From Callorhinchus milii (lineage: Eukaryota), in NCBI RefSeq assembly GCF_018977255.1, contig NW_024704743.1, forward strand, positions 111,168,001-111,232,000: a DNA stretch of 64,000 bases. Direction: 5' to 3'. Position numbers and translations under genes: made by a program. Position 1 is the first letter of the stretch, and each line of letters opens with the position of its first letter. The notes beneath the pieces are model-generated. The model was given only the letters and a program-made list of their open reading frames with translations, searched no databases and had not been told where the DNA came from. Below, in pieces: positions 35,981-49,889 of the stretch.

Positions 35981-38900
35981 ATGTTTTACCATCGAAAAAT
36001 TGTCAGTCAGGTAAGGTTCTTGTGCGCCTGCACCATACCGCAGCATACACCTGTCCTTTTAGAGATGAGAAAGGGTAAAAGAGGGAGAATATTAGTAGCT
36101 GATCATGGCTGGATTTGTTTTTTTTTCCATGGTATAATATATTTATAAACTTTCAAACTTTCTGCTACTCGAAGGACATTTGTTCTACTGTGCAGTTCTA
36201 TTTTTACTCACTCCACTAGCTCAGCTATTCACCAAGATATCTCACGTTAGATCCGAATTCAGGTCATAGTTGACATTGCCAGAAACTTGAATGAATGACA
36301 ATGGATCTCTGCTTAAGGACAGAATCGGATGGTTAACTCCATCATAGAAAGCACGTTTGACTCCCAGCCATTCCAATCACCGCAGCTCATTAGGGGATCA
36401 GGATCAGGCATGGAATTGAAGAATGAATGCAGCTTCTTAGCAAAGAGGCAACTTGCAAAGGTTTTCTTGTTTTTTTGACCTCATAGAGTGTTACAGTTTT
36501 TTTTCATTTAATACTTATTTTCAGGTTTGCGATTGAATTTGCATTCTCCCTGTCCTAGAAGATGTCAATTTTACAATCAAGTTGGGGCCTCTTTGGGCCT
36601 GAGCCAATGTAACCTTTAAAAATCAGCCTAGCACCTCTGTCCCCTCAATTTGACATCACTTGCTCCCAGTTTTTCGTTTGGTCAGTCGGGTGTCTGATAC
36701 ATGCAGAAGCTCATCATTATGCTTAAGAATGTCCGAATGAACTGCGAGTTCCACAAATATACACCACCGACACATGGAAACGTCCCTATCTCTGGAATGG
36801 AATGCACTCTCCAGCCACAGGGAAATTTCAATGTGTAACAACATGTAAAATAACAACTTGTGGAGGAGCATGACAAGAGTGTCTGTCTGTTCTCGCTGGT
36901 GCGGAGAAAAGATCTGCAGCAACGGGAGGTAAATGGGGCTGGAGGAAATGGCTAAAGCAGCATGCAATGAGAGCACAAAAGTAATATGGATCGCAAAGGC
37001 CATTGGCCATGGGGTGTTATCGGGCTGATTCTTCAGCAAAACAGATCTCACTCCAGGACATCCTCCTCTAATGAGGCTTTCTTGGCAGTTCGACCAATTT
37101 TCATTCGAGGGTGGCATTTGCTTGATTTATTTGCTGAATTGCCAACGTACATTTGCAATGCGGAGGACATCTGTTAGATGAAAGCTTCCATTCAGCTGGA
37201 TGTCACAGTTGAATGAAAGTGTAAATCCTTCTAAACATAACAGACTCCAGGCTACAGATATCAATGGGACTTCAATGCTCCCTTTTCAGATTCATTCTAC
37301 AGAAAATTCAAAAGTACAGGAAACCTGGCAAATATTGTCTATTTTTGGGGAGATTGAGGGGGTGGCACTTGAATTATTCTATTTTTCAAAAGATTCCTTC
37401 TGTTTTATGGTGATAGATGGAGTGTCGGCTCCCCAGTGACACCTGGCACTGACCATACTTCAGGGATCAGTTGACAGGAGTTGCTCACAGTCGCAATTGA
37501 TGGTCACTTGCTGCAAGGTTGGATGCTTATTACTATAACATTGGTGTTTTTACAGCATTACAGTGTATCAGTTGAATGCACGAAACCAGTTAAAAATTGG
37601 TCATGCACTTCATGGCTTTTTGTGAGACATTGCCATCCACTATTGCTTACATAATACACACTCACTACATTTTACAGTAAATCCTATGAAGTACTTTGAG
37701 AAATCTCAATAACGTAAGAAGGCATTAATCAAATACAAGATTAGAATTGGAAAGCTCAGTCACCGATGCTGGGGTGGAAGACATGCAGAGAAATGCAGCG
37801 TGCCCGAGTTAGCTCTGTGGAGGGGGCGAGCAGAGGAATGGGGTAGGAGCGAAAAGCCAACAAGAGATCAGGAACATAAGAACAGGAGTAGGCCATTCAG
37901 CCCCTCGAGCCTGTTCCACCATTCTATAAGATCATGGCTGAAGGAAGAGGATCACCAGCCGCAAGGCATCCTTAGTGTGGTTCCTGATCTTGCCCATTAA
38001 TTTCAGTCCGGCAGTGCGTTGTGAGCAAGTGATACCCATTCAGCATCTGACCATAACGGTGAGTTCAAAACAAATCGTCGGCTACAAATATGGCCTGTTT
38101 CCTATAATGATAAAATCACATTGTTACCAACACGAAAAGGTCATTTATCAAAAGTGTCTTGTGATCAAGAGAAAACTATTGAAGCCTGATTATAACGGCC
38201 CTTTTTTTGGAAAAAGAAGTTCTATAAAAATCAGTCTTCATTTGAAGGTAGAGTGAACTCAGCACCGTTTTAAAGGTTGTGCTGATTTTTTTTGTAACCA
38301 ATCGGTTATTTTGTGTGATTTGTGAAGTGATTACAGCGCAAACCTTGAGAGCGAAAAGGCTGAATCAATACAAATCCGTACACAGACCACAGCATCAGAA
38401 ACAGTGCCTCCATCAATCAGATCCTCAGGCCTTATCATTTACATGCATCTACAGCCACCAAGCCTTCAAATTGCTGAGCTATTGATGGATGATACATTAA
38501 AATGTAACACTATAAGGGAAGCTGAAAGAGCTAACAGTTTGCCATATAAAAACCTGCTGCACCCAGCTGATCCTGTGGATGTTTAGGTTTAGGTATGAGT
38601 TTATCCTGGGCTCAGCTCAGTCCTGCTGTGGTTCAACAATAAGAATTATAGGACATATAAAAAGGCACTTAACAGCGATCTGGACTGCTTTTGTTCCCCG
38701 CCAGATATACTTTCCATGTTAATCAGCAGCGCATTGACAACTTGCAACCATTGCCTTAAGCATTGAACTGCTCAATATTACAAGCACTGAATGCCAAAAT
38801 GCTTGCTTAAAACCTTGGCTTTAAAAGGAGCACCTATTATGATCAAGACGAGGAAGGTTAGCAGGCTTGATCTCTGATCAGACTGAGTGAGCTGAACATA

Positions 38901-39719
38901 ATAGGGTTTCATCAATCAACCTCATTATTACCTTTAGGTTAACGAAGGGGAAATAAAACCAGGCAGCATAGCCCACTCTTGGTGGTTATCTTCTGGTAAG
39001 CTGCTCATACAGTAAAATGAGTGTTAACGTCGGTGAGCACAGGATCCGGCTTGATATAGTGAGCATGCGTGGGACATGCTTTGTCAGTATCAGTTTGATC
39101 TCTAATAATCACCCTTCTGTGATTCTGACTCATTGCCCACCTTCTTTGTCCACCTTCTTTCAAATCTCAAGGCCAAATAGCATGTCTGATACAATGCAGC
39201 AAATGTCATTATTTGTTGAAAGGTATCAAAAGAATTTATCACTTTCACATCGTTGTCTATCTTCTTTGGGCTATTTTGAAGATTGGTGGTCTGCAGGTTA
39301 TGAATGCTATATGTCTGTCTCCCAATGGTTGCTCTAGGCTACAGTTCCCTTAAAATGGACAAATGTGATATAAAGATAGCATTTCTTTAGCCAAGTAAAA
39401 CTTGTTCTCCTCTCATGTAGGCTTTTTAGTATTTTAGCGGCAGATTTCAATACTGAAAAGTGTAAATGAGTGCAAAAATATTGAATGTTTTTAAAATACA
39501 AAACATTTCAACAATAAAACAAAAAAGAGAGCAACAAAACATGGTTGAAAGTACCTTTGGATGAGTTAAAGAAGACATTTTGAAGGGATTCATTCGCCTA
39601 CAAAATTCACAGTCACTCCACTTTACAATAAATCCTATGTAGCACTTTGAGATGTTCTCCCGATATGAAAGGTGTTATAATAAATGTAAAGATTATCATT
39701 AAGACAGTGAAAGTTATCA

Positions 39720-40024
39720 GAGCACTTCTCAGGAATTTACTGACAAATGGACTGATATAACATTTTGTAGGCAAATGTGGCCAACATACAAACCACCATG
39801 ACCTATTAATCTGAAGGATTGCTGGTATCCACCTGAACAGGTAAGAGGGGACCTTGGTTTAATGTCTCATATCTGATGGACGGCACCTCCAATAATATAG
39901 CACATGCCCAGCAATGCACTGGAGTGTCAGCCTAAATTTACTATGTGAGTTCAAAATCCTTTGGTGGGACTTAAAACCATAATCTTCTGACTAGGAGGTC
40001 AGAATGCTACCAAACGAGCCAGGA
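39720..40024 (-). mobile_element. SINE family B, internally deleted
   Basis: atccacctgaacagg...ggagtgtcagcct...ctaccaaacgagccagg. Confidence 0.8.
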
Positions 40025-40969
40025 TGAAACGTCAATACTCATGTGAGCGAGCATCATCTCTCATGGAACCATACCACAACAGATTTAGTGTCTTGAGTAG
40101 AGTGCAAGTGGAAAATAAACTAAGAGAATATTGGCAACAGAAAGCAAGCTCTCCCCTTGGTAAAAAAATGACTTTTAATGAAACACTTGGAACATTCATC
40201 CCATATTTAGTTTTGCTGGAGAATCAAGCCTGTCGTGTACAGTTGCTTTAATGTTCACGAAAGAGGCATGTTAGCATGTTGAACTCATTAACATTGCGCT
40301 TAATAGTTGTCCTGTGATAGAATTGGGTTTGAATCATTGTTAGCACAGAATACAATTAATGTCCTGTCATCAAATCTCACCAAGGGCTCAGAAAAGCTCA
40401 CACAGCAAAGTAAACTGCGCGAAAAGGCAGTACTCCACCGCCTTTGTCAATGTTCTCTTAGAGTCGTAATGGCAATGTATCCCAGGAAGAAGGTCTAGTG
40501 GGCCGAAATATTGTACATGAGGCAGGTGGAAGAGCAGTTTCAGGCTACTAAATGGCTGAAAACCCGCTGATCATTAGTAGGTCGGGTCAGGATTCCTCTG
40601 GATTTGCAGCTGTCCATTTTCCTCCAGACATTTATGAGTTGCCTGAGGACATCCATTAGACATGAAAGAAGCTATATAAATGTAATTTGTTGTTGTTGTT
40701 ATTGAGTTCTATCCCTTGAATTTCAGAAATGTATTAGTGCATTGTAATAGCAGTCTCTCAGCTTTACATTGCACAGCTGTATAAATGCAATGTAGCCAAA
40801 GTGTAATAGAACCCCTATGTAGGAATATCAAACATGCAATTTGCTAATCCATTTCTTTGGAATAAAATCAGAGCTGATTTGCTTTCTGCTCTCTTGAGGA
40901 ATTAAACGGAATTATGGCAAGTATATATTGCCTTGATTGAATTATTTTTTAATTCCACTTTAAATCTGA

Positions 40970-41300
40970 AACAAATTGACTTTAAAGTCCTCACCCTCAC
41001 ATATAAATCCCTTCATACCCTAGCACCTTCCTATCACTCATACCCCCCTCTTCTGCCCTCTCTTTCTGCTCAACTAACACACGCTGAGCATCCTCCACTC
41101 CCTCTGTGTCATTATCGGTGACCGAGCCTTCTGTCATTACACCCCCAACCTCTGAAATTCCCTCCCTCTGTTCCTCAGCCTCTCTCCCTTGCTATTTATC
41201 TTCAAGACCCACCTTAAAATCTACCTCTTCGATAGTCACCTTCCCCTTTTCTCAAAGCTTGGCATCCATCTGCCACTGTATAAATGCAACTTGTGGTTAT
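40970..41300 (+). mobile_element. Old L2 3' fragment
   Basis: QIDFKVLTLTYKSLHTLAPSY; ctgtataaatgcaacttgtggtt end. Confidence 0.7.
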
Positions 41301-41561
41301 GCAACAGAACAGAAAAATACCAATTGCTAATGTTGTTGTTGAAAATGTGAAGTTACATCAGTAAAGCATACTAGAAACGTCACAGAAGTAGCCCAGGCAA
41401 GGTTGACAAGACAAATGCCTGGGCAGAGAGAGTTCATTATCCTTGGTGGCATTGAATGGACTGAATTATTGAAAGAAGAGGAGTTAGAGTGTTTAGTTTC
41501 ATGCATAGTCTTCAGAATGATTATCACATTGAATCTGATATGAATTGCCAGAAGTCAAAGT

Positions 41562-42072
41562 GTCAGCCTGCCTCAGTTGTGGGCACTCTCTTCTCTGAGT
41601 TAGAAGGTTGTGGGTTTATGCCCTACATCTGGCTTTTGAGCTTGTAGTCTAAACTGACACTCTGCTGCAGTGCTGGGGGAGTTCTGCATTGTCAGAGGTG
41701 CCATCTGTTTGGATGAGACGTTAAAACAAGATCCTGTCTGCCTGTCCAGGTGGATGTTAAAGATCCATGTTCAAAAAGATAAGGGAGTTTCTCCTGGTAT
41801 CCTGGCCAACACCCCCTAGATAAATTGCTAATTTACTTCATGGCTGTTTGTGGGACAATACTTTGCAAATTAGATGTTGTGTTTTCCTATAACTAGACAA
41901 CAACAACAAATTACATTTATAAAGCACCTTTCAGGTCGGGAGGACATCCCAAAGTGCTGGATAGTCAGGGATTTGGACAGTCACTACACTTGATAGTAAA
42001 ATCTTCCGAAGCACTTTGAGACATCTCGACGATGAGGTAAGGTGCTATATCAAATGCAATGCTTACTCTTAC
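41562..42072 (+). mobile_element. SINE family B interrupted by a 76-bp antisense L2 tail (41900-41975)
   Basis: Duplicated GACA at 41896-41899 and 41976-41979. Confidence 0.85.
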
Positions 42073-45000
42073 TATTTTTACCAATGCTGGCCAGAATGGG
42101 TTGGGTCGCAAAGTTAACAGGACAGAATTGTAACCCTGTGAGCAATGCAGTTTCCAAGGATCCCACTCCTTATTCATTATATAATTGCATCTTAATAGCT
42201 TTGGTGTAACTATTTCCAGCAGCCATTACCATGCATAAAAAGACCAAATTTGAATTGATCTGTGATTGAAAGACCAAATTGAAATGTGAATACATGGTAT
42301 TCACAACTTGGGGAGGACAAGTTTGCAGGGCTATGGGGAGAGAGCGGGGGAGTGGAATTGATTTGGATAGCTCTTTTTAAAGGGACAAATGGCCTCCTTC
42401 TGTGCTGTATAATTCTATGATTCTATGATCTTTCCCAGTGGTGGTGAATCCACAGAACTGTTAAGACAATATAGGCCTCTCTGTCTGTGTCTAAATCAAA
42501 CAATATTATTGAAGGCCACCACTGTCAGTGCACGGACTATTTTGACTGTTTCCACACGGTACAGTAGTACCCAAGGGATCGGTGGCTTTATGCTGTATCA
42601 GATCTTTTCAGGCCCTCTGACCTCCCTGTTATTGCTTTCTGTGTGCTATCCCATCTGTCTGCATTCATGTTTGCTCCCTCTATTTTTCCAGTTGAATTAC
42701 AGCACAGATTAGCTGGCCTTGACAACAAGAGAATATTAACGTTAGATTTAACAAAGCAAATTTGATTTTCTGACTATGCATCAGCCACTCGCCATGTACT
42801 TCTATTGACCGACACATTAGTGCTGAAAACGTGGTATTCACAACCAGAAAGTCGCAATGGTGGCCAGCGATTATCCTTCTGGCTCATCATTAGTATGAGA
42901 AAAAGTCTTGAAAATTTTGCTAAAATGTCAGAAAGCAAAATGCTGCCTAAATATACCGCCTTTAGCAGCTTTCAGTATAATCCAGTACAAGTAATAATAA
43001 TAATCCTTGCATTTGATATAACGGGTTATCTTGTCTTCGAGTCGTCTCGAAGCGCTTACAGAATATACTGTAAAGTGAATTGACTGTATATTTTGTGGGT
43101 GAAATGTGGCAGCCAATTGCGCACAGCAGTGTCCCACAACAGTTGTGGATTGAGTGACTAAATTATTTTAAAATTTATCTTGAAGGCAATGTTCCACAAT
43201 TGGCCCTGCAGTGAGAAACCAATTTTATCTGGAATATTATGAGATTTATTATGAGAAACCAATTTTTAGCCAGGACACCAGGAGAAAGTCCTTCTCTTTT
43301 CAAATAGTAAAAGAGAATAGTGAGTATCTCCCTAGATCTTTAACATCTATCTGAACAGGCAGATGGGACTTTGGTTTAACATCTCATGGTAAAAATGTTT
43401 ACCATTGGCTAAAGTTACCTCCAAACAGCATTCAATTGAAGTGATATCTTGTCAATATTTACCTAGGTTGCAATAGCATTTGGATTACCTTGTCATTGCT
43501 GTGGCCTATTGGGATTCAGAAATTCATATCTATTTATCGGAGACGCTATGGATTTTTGTCTGATATGGGATTTTTGTTTGAACCATCATCTTATAAGAGA
43601 CTACAAAGAGCAGCCAGAGTCCTTCACAGATATAATCAAGGTCAACAATTGCCTGAACCATAGTTATAGCACAGTGTAGAAGACTGGTTATTCTCTTTGT
43701 TTCTTTTAATTACATTGCCATAATATCATAATATAAAAAATATGATTTGTAGGGATTCTAAAGTACTTTGGTCTGAAGTAAACTGTTTACAAATCCTCCT
43801 TGCAATCCACAAAATTGTTCTCCTGGTTTATCTTTCATAGCTGAAGGTTGTCAGATGGGGGAATGTGGATCTCGGCAGTTTAGCTGTACTTGGTGGAATT
43901 GCTGCTGTCACACTTCATCAGAAAGAAATTCTGTGGGTTTCAGCAAAACAAAATCAAATTAAAATGACCAGACGCTGTTTAAATGAATTCTCAGAGTATT
44001 GCTTAATTCAATCTCATTGCTTTTCGCTTCATGGCTCTGTCCTCTCTATGCTACTGTGAACTGCTCAGGTCAAAAATGTGAAGATGTAGCATTGACCAGA
44101 TTCCACCGATACTGTTCTGGGAGCTTCAGAATTTTTTTTTAAATCGCATTGAAATCAGTCGTTCAGTTTTCAGAAGACTTGCCAAAAATGCTCTTAGCTC
44201 CTTAAAGCTTAACTGCCCCAAACCCCTGTTATTCCCCAACTCCACCTCAAATTAAAATTTTACTGGATTAAATTTAAGAGGAATCCAATATGATTCCATT
44301 AATGTACAGATTGACTTAAACTCATTACTTTACTAAAAAAACACAATGGGATTATCTGGTAGATATTTTTTGGATGACAAAGTTACAGTTATCAAAATGA
44401 AACCCAAAGCACTTCAATGGAAATTGTTTGTGCACAATATTACTGCAATATGGTATGAGAAATAAGGCCAATAATACTAATACTAATGATCCTTGTATTT
44501 GATATAGCACTTTTCACATCGGGAGGATGTCTCGATGTGCTTCACGAATGGCTTCTCCACCAGCCCCTGCACTGTGGCATCCTGCAAGGCTCTGTCCTCA
44601 GTCCCCTACTTTTCAATCTATACATGCTCCTGCTCGGTGATGTCATCCGCAGGCATGGGGTCAATTTTCCCATGTATGCGGATGACACAATACAATACAA
44701 AATTACATTTGTAAAGTGCCTTTCACATTGGGAGGACGTCCCAACTCTATCTCGCCACCTCCATTGATGTCCAGAACCGTTGTTGTTCTGGCAAATTATC
44801 TGTCTGACATCAAATCCTGGATGAGAACCAACTTCCTACAGCTCAATGTTGGAAAGACAGAGGCCCTCCTACTTGGCTCCCGGCAGCACTCTGCACCTCA
44901 GCTGCTGACATTATCGCTATTCATGATTGCACTCTTCACCTCACCGAGCCAATACCACAACAACAATAAAAGTACATTTGTATAGCGCCTTTCACGTCGG

Positions 45001-46322
45001 GAGGACATCACAAGGCGCTGGACAATCAGTGTTTCGGACCCGAGCTGGGGGTCGAGATCGGGGAGGGTTGAGGGCAGTGGGGGGATGGAGGGTGATTGAA
45101 GGCACTGTCGAAGAAGAAGGTCTTGAGACGGGTCTTGAAGGACGCAAGGGAGGGGTCAAGGCAGAGGGACTGCGAGATGGAGTTCCAGAGAGTGGGGCCA
45201 GAGTGGCCGAAAGCCCACCTGCTGATGGTGGGACAAGCGAGGAGGGGGTCATGAAGCAGGCTGGAGCCCGCTGAGCGGAGGTTGGTAGGGAGTTAGATGG
45301 TCGCAGAGGTAGGGGGAGCAAGACCATGGAGGGCTTTGAAGGTGAGGACCAGGATCTTGAACTGTATCCTCTGTGTGATGGGAAGCCAGTGGAGTCGTGC
45401 GAGGATAGGGGGTGATGAGGTCACAGAGCCTGGTGTGTGAGAGGACACAGACTGCAGAGTTCTGGATGATCTGCAGCCTATAGAGGGAGGAGTTGGGAGG
45501 CCGACAAGCAGAGAGTTTGAATAGTCAAGCCTGGATGTTATGAATACCTGTATGAGGATCTTGGCAGCCTGTGGTGTGAGACAGTGGCGGAGCCGGGCAA
45601 CGTTACGGAGGTGGGGAAGGCAGAGTGGATCATGGCACGGATTTGGTGGAGGCTGAGGCCAAGCCAGGGGGCGGAGGAAGTTGACCGTAGGTGATGTCGA
45701 AAAGGAAGGTCTTCAGGCGCAACCTGAAGATGGGGAAGGAGAAGGAGAGGCAAAGGGGTTGAGGGAGGGAGTTCCAAAGTTTTGGGGCATAGTGGCTGAA
45801 GTCACAGCCACCGATGGTGGAGTGGAGGATTTGGGAGACATGGAGGAGGCCGGACCCGGGCCAGTTTCAGCAGCTTTTGGGGTGAGATATTGTCAGAGAT
45901 GGGCAATGTGGCGGAGGTGGAAGAAAGCAGTGCTGATCAGGGAACGGATGTGGGGGAAGAAGGATAACTGGGGATCGAACCTGACGCCTAAGTTGCACAC
46001 GGGTTCAGAGAGTTTTAAGGACAGGTCAGGTAGGTTGAGGAGTTTGGAACTGTGGGACAGAAGATATCGGCGGGAGCAGAAGAGTATGGCTTCCGTCTTG
46101 TTGACATTTAGCTGCAGCAAATTTGTGCTCATCCAGCTCCTATGTCTGACAGACAAGCTGACAGACAAGCTGACAGAACATCAGGAGACTGGGGATCGCA
46201 GCTGGAGGTGGAAAAGTAGAGTTGAGTGTCATCTGCATACATGTGGAAGTTAACCCTGTGAGCATATAGATGAGGAAGAGAAGGGAGCCAAGGATGGATC
46301 CTTGGGGTTCCCCGCAGGTGAC

Positions 46323-46406
46323 CGGGTGGAACCGCGAAGAAAAGCCATTTGCAGAAATGTACTGCGGGTGGAACCGCGAAGAAAAGCCATTTGCAGAAAT
46401 GTACTG
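46323..46406. repeat. Perfect 42-bp tandem duplication inside L2
   Basis: CGGGTGGAACCGCGAAGAAAAGCCATTTGCAGAAATGTACTG x2. Confidence 0.95.
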
Positions 46407-47069
46407 GTGGTTTGTAAGGTAGGACTTGAACCAAGCGAGTGTGTCCCACTGTGGTGGTTGATGGAGGACAGGCGGTGGAAGAGAATGGCATGATCGACTG
46501 TTTTGAACGCAGTGGAGAGGTCCAGGAGGACGAGGAGGCAGAGGGAGCCCTGGTCACAGATAGAGAAGATATCGTTTGTGACCTTCACGAGCGCTGTCTC
46601 TGGAAGTTGTAGCCAGGAAGGGAAGCTTGAAATAGGGGGACGGAATCACTGGGGGAGAGCCAGATTTTTGTAAGCCCAAGAATGTCCATGTGCTCATCCA
46701 GGATGAGATCATGGATAGTGAGTACTTTATTGGAGAGGGAGTGGATATTTTGGAGGGAAATGCGGATGGGTTTGCTGTGGGAGGGGATGGAGGAGAGAGT
46801 TGTAATGAGAGGATTTGGGGTCGTGGGGGAGAAATGACCATGGAGTTTGAGGAGCAGGTTGCTGTAGAGAGAGTGAGTGATGGGACAGTTGGGGTGGCTT
46901 CTCTGGGACAACCAACGCCGGGAGCCACGATGGGCGGATGCCCAGGCTGGAGCAGAGGGAGGTAATGGTGGGGTCCAGGAGAGAGAGAAGGTGAGGAGGG
47001 CGGTGGGAGAGAAGGACAGAGTGGGAGTAGCGGATAGAAGGGGGTAGGAGGAAGAGCATTTCCAGGATA

Positions 47070-47656
47070 TCCTTGCTGCAACTGTATAGGGCCTTGGTGA
47101 GTCCCACCTAGAGTATTGTGTGCAGTTTTGGTCTCCTTATTTAAAAAAGGACATACTTGCCTTAGAGGGGGTGCAGCTTAGATTCATTAGGTTAGTTCCT
47201 GGGATGAGGGGACTGACCTATGAGGATAGGCTGAACAAACTAGGGCTATATTCTCTAGAGTACAGAAGAATTAGGGGAGATCTTATTAAAACATATAAGA
47301 TTCTTAAAGGGCTGGATAAAGTAGACACTGAGGGTCTGTTTCCCCTGATAGGAGAATCTATAACCAGGGGTCACAGTCTTAAAATTAAGGGTCAGCCTTT
47401 TAAAACAGAGTTGAGGAAACATTTCTTCACTCAGAGGTAGTGAATTAGAAGGCTGTAGATGCTCAGCCCTTGAACATCTTCAAGGCTGAGACTGATAGAT
47501 TTTTTAAAAATTGGAGGGATTAGGGGACATGGGGATAGGGCAGGTAATTAGAGTTAGGTCTGAAGATTAGCCATGATCTTATCGAATGGCGGGGCAGGCT
47601 CGAGGGGCCGAATGACCTACTCCTGCTCCTAATTCTTATGTTCTTATGTTCTTATG
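47070..47656 (+). mobile_element. CR1 LINE 3' fragment, same family as 8084-9800, inserted in an L2
   Basis: QFWSPYLKKDILALEGVQ; nearly identical by eye to 9210-9800; (TTCTTATG)3 tail; host L2 sequence rejoins across it. Confidence 0.95.
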
Positions 47657-49889
47657 AGGAGGGCTCGGATCAGGGCGGCAGTCAAAATGCGCTCGCTAAG
47701 ACCAGGAGCGAGCGAGCGATCAGCAGGACCGCATCAGCCCATGGACTACAGGACGACAGCGCAAGGTGGGGAGGGGGAGAGGTGCGATGGTGGTCATGGC
47801 TTAGGTGCCAGAAACCGGGACGGGAGGACAAGGTAGCAGAAGGATAATTGCGTGTACTTACCCTACCCTAGTGGATTCGAACCTGACGGGAGACAATCAG
47901 GAGGGCCTCGGTCTTGTTGACATTCAACTGTAGAAAGTTAGTGTTATCCAAGACTTGACGTCTGACAGCAGTGGTCCTGGAGTCGAGGGTGGAGGCAGAG
48001 AGATAGAGTTGGGTGTCATCTGCATACATGTGGAAGTTGACCCCATATCTGAGGATATCACCAAGAGGGAGCATATAGATATTGAAGAGGAAACCTCCGT
48101 GTCCTTTTTGATCCCCAGCTATCCTTCAAACCCCACTTCATGCCATGACCCGTTCTGCCTTTCCCCACCTCCGCAACATTGCCCGCCTCTGCCACTGCCT
48201 CTCACCGCAGGCACCTGAGACCCTCATACACACTGTCATAATGTCCCGGCTTGACTATGCCAACTGCCTGCTCGCTGGACTTGCCAACTCTTCCCTCCAC
48301 AAGCTGTAGAACTCTGCAGCTTATGTCCTCTTCCGCACCAGGCTCCTCGAATCAAACCCCCCATTCTTGCCCAGCTTCACTGGCTCCCCATCCCTCAGAG
48401 AATCGAGTATAAAACCCTTGTTCTTACCTTCAAAGCCCGCCATGGTCTTGCTCCCGCCACCTCTCTGACCTCCTAACAACATATCAGCCTGTCTGCTCCC
48501 TCCATTCGATGGACACTCGCCTGCTTCAGGTCCCCTGCACTTCCCGCCCCACCATTGGTGGTCGGGCATTCAGCATCTCTGCCCCCACACTCTGAAACTC
48601 TATCCTGCAATCCCTCCACCTCAGGCCCTCTCTTGCCTCCTTCAAGTGCCGTCTAAAGACCGAAACATATATTATCCAGCGGCTTGGGACATCCTCCCAA
48701 TGTGAAAGGTGCTATACAAATGTAATTGTGCTGTTGTTGTTCCTCTTTGACCGTGCTTTCGGCCATCCACCACCCTGCCCTCCACCCCTCCTGACTCCAA
48801 CACCCAACTCGGGTCCAAAAAACCCTGACTATCCAGCATCCTGGGACCTCTTTCCGATGTGAAGGGCGCTATACAAGTGTAATTTGTTGTTGTTATGTTC
48901 ACAAGATTTACTGTAATGCGTGGTGACTGTGCACTTCCTAGGTGAAAGCACCAGATAATTTGTGCACAGTAATCATCAATGTCCCATACTGAGTCAATGA
49001 ACAATTTTATTTTTGGTTGCAAGCAATTATAGCACATTTTAATTAAAATAAATAGAATAATGTAAGGATACATAACAAACAAAAGATAGATTAACACTCA
49101 ATGTAACCTCTTAGATTAATTTAGAAAGTAAACAGCAAACTCAGTAAATCAATACAGCAGATTCTCTTTAAATCTCCTCAGTAAACTCAAAACAAACTTT
49201 CTTCAAAACAATGAAAAAGCTTCACAGAATGCTTTGTAAACTGATGAAGCAAGCACTCTTTAATGCAACTCACTCCAACCTGCCTTTTGAAAATTATCAT
49301 GGTTTTAAATTTAATCTCACTGTGAGCTGACTACCCGTTGCAGCAGCTAAATCTGAAGACTCTTCATCTACTCCATTGATTGTCTCGAAATTCTTTGGAA
49401 TAGGCGGCACCTTTACATGGGTGATTTACAGACACTGGCATTGCTGGTACAGCAAAAAAAAATGCTTGAAGCGTTACACAGAGATTTCTCTTTGTACTAT
49501 TTCTGATCCTATTAAGGGACTTGTGCATTACTCGATGTTAGAATAATTCAATCACACTTTAATTAGACGGATCTTATAAGTACGTCCTGCACATTTTATA
49601 CGATTAACTGCAGAATTAATCCCCAAATGTACTGCCTAACTGAGAACTGTATTTTTCTTCACAGTTATAATGATAAACACCATCCACTGCAGCATGTATT
49701 ATTATCGCATTCACCTACAGAAATACACATTCACCTCACTTTCCAGTAACAATAACGCTTGCATTTAATATAGCATCTTTCATGTCAGGAAGACAACTCA
49801 AAGCAGGATTTACTGCAAAGTGTAGTGACTGGGTAACTTGTCGGCAAATTTTCACACAACTGTGATCCACAAACAAATGAAGTGAAGTC

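Larger units (their letters stand above)
45643..47882 (-). mobile_element. Third-level L2 (family-1-like), internally deleted, retaining 5' region and endonuclease start
   Basis: LQNIHSLSNK...DILGLTKIWL (APE N-terminus) jumps directly to KVTND...[25 protein letters not shown]; 3' tail missing; split by the CR1 at 47070-47656. Confidence 0.88.
44956..48089 (-). mobile_element. Second-level L2 (family 2); pieces 47883-48089 and 44956-45642
   Basis: [14 protein letters not shown] in the right piece; C-terminal region, 3'UTR and (AAC)n tail in the left piece. Confidence 0.85.
44547..48894 (+). mobile_element. Outer L2 (family 2) of nested cluster; halves 44547-44955 and 48090-48894
   Basis: Left half [17 protein letters not shown]...MYADDT ends gagccaatac; right half starts gaaacctc; joined they read EPIRNL.VLFDPQ as in the uninterrupted copy near 60305. 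Confidence 0.88.

Noticed and set aside
36656..37177. 153-aa minus ORF and overlapping ORFs
   Set aside because: No recognisable domain, no convincing splice sites, stops in plus frames.
47883..48894. Apparent twin-priming 5' inversion of an L2
   Set aside because: The plus piece at 48090 joins in frame to the piece ending at 44955, so nesting of two separate L2 copies explains it better.
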